A stretch of 64,000 bases of DNA from the human T2T-CHM13v2.0 reference genome, Homo sapiens, in the NCBI RefSeq assembly GCF_009914755.1, contig NC_060927.1. One strand, 5' to 3'. The notes beneath the pieces are model-generated. The model was not told where the DNA came from, made no database searches, and was given only the letters and a program-made list of their open reading frames with translations. A program made the position numbers and the translations under genes. Below, one piece after another: positions 1 through 10,230 of this stretch (within the stretch, counting starts at the first letter, position 1; each line of letters begins with the position of its first letter).

Positions 1-474
1 AGAAAAGTGTAGCAGAACCAATTGCTTAATTTCTGACCCAAGTGCAGACAGCAAGGAGTAAGCAATGCATCACTCCTTTTGTCATGTGGACATTATGAAA
101 TTTAGTACATTCTCGGTAACTGTCAAGTCCTGAGAATGAGCACTGGTTAGATACCTGGGCAACCTTCTTTTTGTACCCTCTTCCTCCATGTCAAGTTTCT
201 CTGCCTTTGGGGAATGTGATACTAGGAAAAAATTTCTGTAAGATATACACAAGGTAATTTCTATTTCTCATTTCTACTTTAAAAAGTTTTAGGATTTGAT
301 TGAAAATTTGCTTAGGAACTTGTTGTTACTCAGGATTTTCCAGTCTGGCGGACACTACCAGAAGATATATAAACACAATTAAATTCCTAGCTTAGCTCTG
401 AGCTCTGTCTTCTGGACTTCAAGATAATCCAGAGAGACGCAATCCTACCAAGACACTCTAAACTCATTGAATAA

Positions 475-680
475 TAAAAATAGCATAAAGTATGAACCCA
501 TTTAATATTCATAAAAATTCTATGAAGTGGGCATTTGTATTGATTTCATTTTATAGATAAAGAAACTGAAACCTACAGTTCAAGTCACTAGTCCTAGGTC
601 ACACAGTTACTAAGTGAAACAGATGAGATTTGAAACCAGGTCAGCTGGTTCCTTACTCTTAATTACTCCACCTTACAGCC
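475..680 (-). mobile_element. MIR SINE
   Basis: Reverse MIR core: cattttatagataaagaaactgaa...ggtcacacagttactaagtg...gatttgaaaccagg. Confidence 0.85.
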
Positions 681-3268
681 ATCATGTTCATTGGAAACTA
701 TTGTTTTATTGAAGCCAGCTTAGTTCCCAGGTAGCTGAATTTATCTTCACATTATTAGACTTTAAAGAGTTCTGTTTCACATTTTAGTGTGTCAGTGTTG
801 AATTGAGGATTTAAATTCAATTTTAGCATAACACATAAATCAGTGAACTTCAATTACTACAGATTTTGACTAAAAGTCTTCTGATTTTTTTAAAGTAAAT
901 ATTTATAAATTAACTCTCAATTTTTCTCCAACCCTAAGAATATAACTTTTCTTACATAAGTAGCATATTCGGTCATCATTGGTAATTTTAATGCTTTCTT
1001 TATGTTTCTTTATCCTTTATGCTGTATATTTTTATGTTCTCCTTTGATCTCTATAATTCTTCTGATATTTCTGTTCGGACTATAAACAATTGGTTTTATT
1101 AAAAAATAATCATTTACAAAAACAATTCAATAACAAATGAGTAGACACACAAATTAGCAGTGAAAAATATGATCACATACCAAATACAAAATAACATTCT
1201 CAAAACCCATTTTAATGTGTTCAAATACAATTTTCTTCAGAAATAGAAATTCACCAATTCAACCTTGAAAGGGCTAAAACCTCTGAAAGTCAATGACTTA
1301 AAAAAAATTTCAAATAGTATTTCATTAAAAAAATGAAATTGTCTAATGTTTTCTACCACTTCTCATATTATGCTTGGATGCATTTTTCCTCAGAGAGCAT
1401 AAGACAATTTGCAGAGTATAAGCAAACTGAATGAATAGAAATCAGATTCTTTCTAAGGCAGAGCTAGAAAGGAAATAGGATAAAACATGTAACAGAAGGT
1501 GAGTGAAAACAAATCAGGAGCAGTGGGTAAAGTAAGCTTACCTTGCCAAATGTTCCATTATAAAAGTTATAGTATCAATGATAGAAACTTTAGGAAATTT
1601 AAGATGGCGGACATCCTTACAATTTTCTTTGTAAGTACATTTAAAAAAGATGTCTGTGTACTTCAATTGGAAGGGAATGAGGGTTGACTCAAAGCATATA
1701 ATTAATTATCCTTGGCTATTTTACACTGTGGCTAATTCAGATGTTACTCTCTCAGGAAGACAGGGAGAAACTTGATTTATTTTGTCTGGAATCCTATTCT
1801 TATTAAAAAAGAAAGGCTTAGGCATCTACTGACTGACACAAGTCACAGCCCTGCCATTCCCCCTGGAAGCCAGGAAGCAGAATAGCAAAGAAAGGGTGTT
1901 TCTAAATGAACATTAAAAGCCCTTCACCATGGAGGAAGCTACATTAAAGGTAACGTCTTGGCAAGGAAATATTGCTGTTTAGCTATTTTTTTTTAAATTA
2001 ACTTTATGAAGGCTGTCCTGGTATGTTCAAATAACACAAAGTCAATCTTTGGTTTATTTCTGTTTAAGCTTTGGCTTGCTTTTTTAATCAAAAATTTTAA
2101 AACAATAAAAAATTAAAAGCTTAGAATAAATGAAGGCCAAACTGACTTAACGTTTTATACTAGAATATTAACAGTTGCTGAGGTGATGCTGAGCTCAATT
2201 TTGAGAAAAGAACAACAGATAAACTGACAGGATAACATTTTATTTTAAAACAGTGTGATTCCATTAGGCTACAAGTATGTTTTGTTAGTAATTTTAACTG
2301 ATTTGAAGCTCTCTTTGCTATTGCTCTCATTTCACATTGACCTTCAGTAAAGTATGCAAATTGTTACAATGATGCAAAAGATAACGTGCAGTTCCTAATA
2401 GCTAGGATGGGCTTACTGATATAGGTTAAGAAAAATTATGAAGTTAATTACTTGTGGTAGGTTGATGTAACTCAATCCATTTTTCCTAGGGATGCATTTA
2501 AATTCCAAAAGAAACAATTCACTTGCCCCAGCCCACACAAGTCAGTAGTAGCACAGGGTGGTGTTTGAGAGGGATTAAAATTCACAAATTCTGACACTTA
2601 GTCTACTAAACCACATCAGTTTCAAACTGCCCTCAGTAGATCAACTTTCTTCTTTCTGGAAACATGTGCTTCCTAATGCTATTGCTGATGAAAGATATGT
2701 CTGTTCATGTGGCTAATCTTCATTGCTTAGAAACAATAAGAAAGGTTCGCTCATCTTAAAGAAGTTCAGTGCATTCTCAGAAATTTAAAGGGATACTTCA
2801 AGTTTCTAAAAACTCCAAATTTTATTTTCCTTTTTCTTATTTCTTGATATGTGTGGTCTATCTGGTTTTCATGTTTCTGTTTTTTTTTAAGCCACCAACA
2901 ATTTTATCATATAATTAATGTGTTTGAAATCAAGAAAATTGAATTCACTTTTAGTAGTGTAGACAGTTACCCTATTATAAATTATATCTATGACATATTT
3001 AAAAAGAAAACTTAACTGCTGATTTTTTAGGAAAAAGAAATCTTGTCTATAGCACTTTAGCTATAGCAGTAAATCAGCTGAGGTATTAGAATTTTACAAT
3101 GTTCTTTGAGGAAAGTGAAATTTATTATTGGCTTTTATATACTCCATTATTTTCACAAAGTGCTATAAAATAATTTTACAAGTTTTTTTAAACCTTCCTG
3201 TGTTGTGATAAATGATATAATTTTTCTTATTTATAAGTTAAGAAAAAAAAAACAACCTCAGGTCAAAG

Positions 3269-3314
3269 CAAGGTTGTGTATTTTATACAAGGTCGTGTGT
3301 CTTATACAAGGTCA
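3269..3314. repeat. 19-bp tandem repeat, about 2.4 copies
   Basis: caaggttgtgtattttata / caaggtcgtgtgtcttata / caaggtca. Confidence 0.8.
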
Positions 3315-3454
3315 TAGGATAAACCCATGGGCATTAGTTAGAATTTTAAAAGTAATATGGTATTATGGCATTACTACTTTTACTTTTCTATTCTTTTAAA
3401 CATCACAATCTACTTCGAGTGTTGCTTTTGTAAATCTACTGACCAATAAGATCT

Positions 3455-3668
3455 TTTAAGCATTTAATGTATATCATGTGCAAGACCCAGTTTTAAGTGC
3501 CTTACATGGGGTAAACTATTGAAACCTCAAAACAACTTATGAAGAATACTGTTTACACATTTTACAGAGAGACTGAGGCACAGAGACTTTATTATGACAT
3601 GTCCATATCCAAGAAAGAGTATAGAGCAGTGACTTGGAACATTAGTTTCCGAAATGTGAATTCCAGAC
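3455..3668 (-). mobile_element. MIR SINE
   Basis: aagtgccttacatg...cctcaaaacaac...cattttacagagagactgaggcacagaga. Confidence 0.85.
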
Positions 3669-3768
3669 CAATAGCATTGATATCATCTGAGAATATATTA
3701 AAAATGCAAATCCTTGGTTCCTACCCCAGACTGAGTTAAAAGCTTGATGTACAGGGCATAGAGAATAG

Positions 3769-3920
3769 TTTTTTTTATAATTTATTATTATTATTGTAGA
3801 CACAGGGTACTGCTTTGTTGCTCAGGCTGGTCTCAAACTCCTGGCTTTACGTGATCCTCAGTGATCCTCCTACCTTGGACTCCCAGAATGCTGTGGTTAT
3901 AGGCATGAGCCACCCAGCCA
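3769..3920 (-). mobile_element. FLAM / Alu monomer
   Basis: T-rich tail, then tgttgctcaggctggtctcaaactcctggc...ggcatgagccacccagcc; monomer length; internal gtgatcctc duplication. Confidence 0.9.
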
Positions 3921-3932
3921 GAGTGACAACAA

Positions 3933-4176
3933 TTTTTTTTTCTTTCTTTTTTTTTTTTATACTTTAAGTTTTAGGGTACATGTGCACATTGTGCAGGTTA
4001 GTTACACATGTATACATGTGCCATGCTGGTGCGCTGCACCCACTAACTTGTCATCTAGCATTAGGTATATCTCCCAATGCTATCCCTCCCCCCTCCCCCA
4101 CCCCACAACAGTCCCCAGAGTGTGATGTTCCCCTTCCTGTGTCCATGTGATCTCATTGTTCAATTCCCACCTATGA
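3933..4176 (-). mobile_element. 5'-truncated young L1 3' end (L1PA2-type, non-Ta)
   Basis: Near-identical to the L1HS/L1PA2 3'UTR (tatactttaagttttagggtacatgtgcacattgtgcagg...). Poly(T) tail. TSD tgacaacaattttttt (3924) / tgacaaaaattttttt (4174). Diagnostic triplet reads AAG (CpG-decayed GAG), not the Ta-type ACA. Confidence 0.95.
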
Positions 4177-5167
4177 CAAAAATTTTTTTAACAAATGATT
4201 TTGATGCATGCCCTTGTCTGAGAACTACTAGTTCAGAAGATAGAGTCTAAATTCTCTGCCTTTGACTCACAAGATTTTCATTTACAGGGTGTGTGGCTTC
4301 AAATCACTGGTCTTTCAGGGTCTGAGTTGGGTTATCTTTAGAATAACACTGGGAATACTAGTAGCTCTTCGATGGGGCTGCCAAAAGGACCAAATGTGAA
4401 AGCCTACTTCAGGCAGGTAGTATATCTTCTGTGAATACCAAATCCAAAACTCAATTTTATTATTTATAAGATTGAAACTAATTATTATATAAAAGATTCA
4501 TTAATTTAATGTATTAAGGCATTCTGCATGGTACCTGACACTTAGTAAATGGTTAGAAACTGATATCATGTTATTATTTTTATTACTACTACTATGATTC
4601 ATCATTATCACTGTCAGTCATTATTTGAGTTGTGGAAAACTAGGCTATTGGTTTACCTATGACCTTTATACTCAGAAATCCCTTTCCAGCCTCCTTCTGC
4701 CAGGACTTCCACGCACTGTCTACTCATTTGTGTCTGTCTGTCTTTGGCCAGCTGTTAGTCCACCCGTTTTAGTCATGTAGACAGCTTCTCCTGATCTACA
4801 GCCAGCCTGATCCTCACTTCTGTCTTATTTCCTTAAGGAGAGATGCAATAATGTTTTAAATTGTGTAGCCTGAGTATGAATTCAGTCCACCATAAATAAT
4901 TAAATGCATGACCTCTCTTATTGAGTGTTTCTTTTCATTGATGTTCATAAAACTTAAACAAATACATGTGATCAATCTTGTCTGTGCCCCAGAGTTGTAA
5001 CTTTTTGAATGAATTCAATGTCAACTTGCAAATATTATTTCTTCAAAATTTCCTCTGTATGTTATTTTTTCTTCTATTTATTTCTGATAAAAATTGTCTG
5101 TGCTTTTTGATTAAAAAGCAAACAAAACACACTGGGCTCCTCTAGCAAATTATTTCTCAAGCTACAT

Positions 5168-5326
5168 ATAAAGTAAACTAGAGAAAAGAAAAAGTTATTA
5201 AGAAAATCATAAGGAAGAAAAAATATATTTGCTGTTTATTAAATCAGAGTAGATCATCATAGCGGTCATCCTCATTGTATTCACATTAAGTAAGCTGAAA
5301 AGGAGGAAGGGGAGGGATTGGTCTTA
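5168..5326 (-). repeat. Inverted internal fragment of the neighbouring Tigger2a copy
   Basis: Reverse complement aligns ungapped to 6235-6393 with 150/159 identity (hand count). Confidence 0.93.
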
Positions 5327-6148
5327 ATAATACTTTTCTTTAATCAAGTTAAAAAAACTGATATGGAAAGAATAAGCCCTCCCTACTATTTGTAGCTATT
5401 GTACAAACAAAATATAGATTATACTCAACATGTTCTTCCTTATTAATATTGTTATATGTTCTGCTTCAGCATTGAGACAAAACATCTGTGTATTCTTATT
5501 CTTCAGGAAATGTTAGGTCCAATAATGTTGAGGAAGGCATAATTTTACCTATAAAGTCACTGTATTACCTTTTGTATAAGCAAGAAACCACAAGAAAAGC
5601 CGAAAAAAAGAAAACAAAGCTTAGCTAGAAATGGCAATGTAGAGTGGGGTTTGTTAAAATGTGAAGAAAGTATTATAATTCCCTTGCAGAGTACAGCAAA
5701 GTTAGGTATATTTCTGAATGGTGTTCATGATAAATGTATTTTTCTAATGTTTTTTTAATGGCTGAAATTCCTAAGGTTTGCTATGACATGGAGGAGTCAA
5801 GAAACCTGCAGCAACTTGGCTTTCTCTCACCTTTAGTGTTCTTGAAACTGATCATGTCTAATATGCTTTCGATCTCTGGCTTTATATTCAAGTCTTCCAT
5901 TTAACTGGTAGTATGTAAAACAAAACGTATACTGTTTTTACCTGCCTCTATTTATCTCCATCCATACCGATAGCTGATGGTTGATTGTAATATGTTGAAA
6001 TAGAAGAATAGCAATAGAAACAGAAAAAGGAGGAGGATGAGAAGGGGAAGGAAAAGCAGAAAAGAAGAAGGAAAAAGAAAAATACCAGGAAGAAAAAGAA
6101 ATTACTAGAAATTAAAAATAGAAAATGCCATCAAGCGAGTCACTTTTA

Positions 6149-6588
6149 TACTGGGCCCTCGAACAACATGGGTTTGAACTTCACGGTTTCACTTATACAT
6201 AGATTTTCTTCCACCACTGTCACCCTTGAGACAGTAAGACCAACCCTTCCCCTTCCTCTTTTTCAGCTTACTTAATGTGAATACAATGAGGATGACCACT
6301 ATGATGATCCACTCCCATTTAATAAATAGCAAATATATTTTTTCTTCCTTATGATTTTCTTAATAACTTTGTCTTTTCTCTAGTTTACTTTATTGTAATA
6401 ATATAGTATATAATACCTATAACATACAAATACGCATTAATCGACTCTTTAAGTTGTCAGTAAGGCTTTTGGTCAACAGTAGGCTATTAGTAAAGTTTTT
6501 GAAAAGTCAAAAGTTATGCATGGATTTTCAGCTGCATGGGGAATCAGTGACCCTAATTCCTGCATTCATTGTTCAAGGGTCAACCGTA
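6149..6588 (+). mobile_element. Tigger2a (MER28-type) non-autonomous DNA transposon
   Basis: Terminal inverted repeats (TIRs) ctgggccctcgaacaacatgggtttgaac ... ttgttcaagggtcaaccg, TA flanks, about 440 bp. Confidence 0.88.
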
Positions 6589-7913
6589 CTACCATTTTTT
6601 TTGTACCAAATGTATTACCATTTTTTTTTGGCTATGATCCTTAAAAATGAAAATAAATTCTATTCTTTTTAAAAATTTAAATAAAAATATTTTATAAGTC
6701 ATATAATTTGGCTAATATGTCACACAGCTGTGGTTGTATTGATAGATTACAAAAAATTTCATCAGCTTTAAACCAAAGCCCTCTCTTAAAAATGATGCAG
6801 TGTATTTCAACTTTGCCTTGTTAAAGTGTCAAGAAATTTTAATCCATTAAGAGTTGTTAAAATGTGGAAAATAAGGCATGTGCTATGCCAGATTTTTAAG
6901 TGCCCATGTGTTTGCTCTTAGACAAAGAGTTGTGTTAAGTAGAATCGTATTTCTCATTTTTCTAGTTGTATGTGATAATTGCACTTTAAACTCCTCAAAT
7001 TCACTTCTGTCTGACGTGGCTTTGATCTTTTACTTGGTCCACATTTTACTTACTCTTTTTCTCTTTGTCCATGTTCATACTCATAACCAATCATGTTTAA
7101 AAGTAACTATGGAACACATGGAAAGTTGGAATATTATTGGGATAATGAAAGAACTTATTTTTTACAACTTGATGACATAGGATTTAAAGTAAACGTAAAT
7201 CTGGGAGGTGCTTAATAGAATTAATGTTCTCTGATGGTCACTGTAAAACACTTAAGAAACCATGTATCTCTGGCTTAAAATAAATTCTGACTACATTATT
7301 TATTACAAAATTATAATCTACTTACATTGGTTAAGTGACTATTAAAGGAAGTGAATATTTTTCTTATCTAAGCAAGTAGCTTGTAGGCCAAAAATACATT
7401 TGGTTTGATGGGAAGATAAATTTTCAACATTTTAAAGTAATTTTTTAACGTTTGTATGCATTGTGAGCCAAAATATTTGATTTCTTATTCCAACTGCTTT
7501 AACTCTAGCCATGTTCTTTTGAAGACATTACTTTCTCTGAGAATCACTTTGCTTATTTGTTAATGGAATATGGAAATGCTTGTAAATACCTAAAAAGGAG
7601 GTACAAGTGACATAAAGTAAAAAACCTTAAAAGGCAGTAGGAATGTAAGTCATTGTTATTTTCTTTGTTGCCATTTCTGTATTCTATCTATTCATGTTAT
7701 ATCTCTCACTGTTTATACCTTAGTTTAAACTTTATATTAATAGAACAGTAGCCAACTTTTCTTTTTGCCCATTTCCATCAGTCTTATTTGCACAATCTAA
7801 CTTCGAAGAGAGTTTTTAATAAATATAATTGATGTGAATGGATGCTTGTGAAGTGGAAACTGGAGTAGCAAAAAATATGCCAAGAGTGAGAAGATACTCA
7901 GTTGTAGTGTTTA

Positions 7914-8529
7914 CAGTAAGTTTTCTTTATCCATGGTAGTTATATTGTATAAAGTTGCTGTGACTATTGAATTGCTGCTCCTAGGGGAAATATAAGTTTA
8001 GCTTCCTGAGGGCACCTGGTTACAACATTGTCATCAAATGATCAATACATAGTCTTATTTTATGTATGTTTCTGTTTTAAGGCACCTTATTTAATATACA
8101 GTTGATTCATTAACATTAAAATCATGGCCAATAGCATGCAACTACTGCCAGAAAGGATATTTTCTAACATGTATTTTCTCTGTAAGGCATATTACAGCCT
8201 TCTTGCATTTAGGAACACTGGCTGACATTTTACCACTGTGCTTTCGGGCCATTTTATACAGCAAAATCACTAACAAAAAGCACAGAAATGTGAAAAATGA
8301 GGCACTAAATAGACAGTTATTTACAGTGTGAGAGTTGAAATAAGAAGGCAGAGAGTTGCCTTATTTGACCTCAGCTGAGAACATGCATGTCAGGCAACTC
8401 AAGTTTTTGCCATTCTGTCATGTCTACAAATGACTAGAAAGTGCCACAAGTATTGACTTTTGGGTCACAAATAAGTTTTAGCAAATATGTGAATTTGCAA
8501 ATACAAAGTCCCCAAGTAAAAGATCAACT
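7914..8529 (+). mobile_element. MER82 (TcMar-Tigger)
   Basis: ggtagttatattgtataaagttgc...gctcctaggggaaata...aacaaaaagcacagaaatgtgaaaaa...gacctcagctgagaac...agatcaact; about 620 bp. Confidence 0.88.
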
Positions 8530-9354
8530 TTGTTATTTTCTATTTACCCACCACCCTCCCACTTTGTACCAGCCTCAACAATAATTGATGTTTTGTATGC
8601 TGTGCTTTAAATTTATTTTCATTTTAAAGATTCAAAAAAAATCATTCCATCTCTGTTATGTCAGTACTCTAGTATTTTTTGTTTTTAGCATTATTTAATA
8701 CTTTATGAATATTGCAAACACTCAAACATTAACTGACTGAACTAAGTAATTTCTAAGCAATAAGCAGTATATTTAGGGAGGAGAAGAGTAAGGGAAATTT
8801 ATTTAAGTGTAATCATTAGACTTTGTCTAATGATCTGTGTTAAATTCTTACATTTTCTAATGAGTAAGGAATAATACCCTCATCTGAAAGCCATAGATTT
8901 ATGTGAATTAATAGAGAACAGACAAATATGTTTAAAAGAGATATCGGTTGTATCATAATTAAAATGACTTATCTAGAAGTGAAAATCAACACTCTTGATA
9001 GAGCCATCAGTTTAATATAGTAAATTGAATGCCTGCCTTGTACCTTGGGCTGTCAAAGTTTTCTGCACTTTTGGAGAATGGACAGCGATTTAGAATCGTA
9101 ACCAAGGAGGGAAGAAAAGCCAGATTAACCAAAAAATTTTAAGAAGATTGGAGCCCAATAATCATGCATAATCTTCACCAAGCCACTCCTCCCAGTACAA
9201 AGATAATATAAGTGAAATTGTCATCTTTCCTGTCCATATGTATCAACAAATTTCATATTGTCATTTCACTAGCATGACAGATATGTCAGGCATGTCATTT
9301 TTACTTTATAATTCTAGTGCTGTTAACATCCTGCTCCATAGACATTAATACTTT

Positions 9355-9490
9355 CAGAACTTTGCTAATGATGAAACTGAAGCTTTGAGTGGTTGTGACT
9401 TGTTCAAGGTCAAATAGATAGTAAGTAGTTTAATTAAAATTGAAGTTCAAGGCTGAGTGATTCCAAAGTCCATAATTTTTCCGCTACATC
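9355..9490 (-). mobile_element. MIR fragment
   Basis: gatgaaactgaagc...gtgacttgttcaaggtcaaatagatagtaagt...gattccaaagtccat. Confidence 0.75.
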
Positions 9491-10119
9491 AGGTTTTATA
9501 TATATCAACCCAAAATTCCTACTATTGGATATGCTATGAGACAGTCCTTGCGGGAGCAATGTCAATTCTACACACTCCTTTCCCTGGAGATTCATGTTCT
9601 TCAGAAATCACTGACAGCTCCTAAAATCAAGAAGCTATGGTGGAAGAAAGAAAACTGTCGGCACCAGAGCCCCGTGATTTTCCTAATATCAGCATCTTCA
9701 TGACTCAGGAAACTGGATTTCCCTCTACAACTATACGTTCCCTAAACCTTCAAAGTGTGTAGCTGGGAAAATGTGGATTCGTAGTCATACTAATAAAGTT
9801 CTTAATTTGTGAGAGCTCCAAACCCTCACCTATAATAAGTGAGGATTAGGTATCTTATCTCTGTCTTGGACACTAAGAGGTTCAAATGAGATATTGTAAG
9901 TGAAAATGCCTTTCAAAATGCAAGTCCATAACCCATTTACAAATGTGCTCACTGCCACCAGATTCTTTTCCAACACCAAATTTTCTCAGAAATATGAAAA
10001 TTCTTCAATATTTTCCACAAGTGATAGCAGACAGGGTGAAATAGAAAGTTTGTGCATTTTATGTGCAGCTTTCATATTTGGTTTAAGTTTTCTGACTCTG
10101 TATCACAGAAAAATCTTGG

Positions 10120-10230
10120 TTTATTTTATTCATTGACTCAATATTTATTGAAGGCATACTAAAAGCTACGAACTTTGCTGAGAGCTGGTACTATAATAAT
10201 GAATAAAGCAAATCTCTTCCCTCAGTTAAA
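10120..10230 (-). mobile_element. L2 3' end fragment
   Basis: ttattcattgactcaatatttattgaaggcatact...gctgagagctggtacta...gaataaagca. Confidence 0.65.

Larger units (their letters stand above)
3669..4232. mobile_element. MER5A (hAT-Charlie MITE), split by a FLAM and an L1PA2 insertion
   Basis: Left part: atcatctgagaatatattaaaaatgcaaatccttggttcctaccccagac. Right part resumes after 4183: ttttaacaaatgattttgatgcatgcc...tgagaactact. Confidence 0.7.

Noticed and set aside
3933-4176. Human-specific active L1HS-Ta insertion
   Set aside because: It lacks the ACA and 3' G diagnostics of Ta, and its TSD already has a mismatch.
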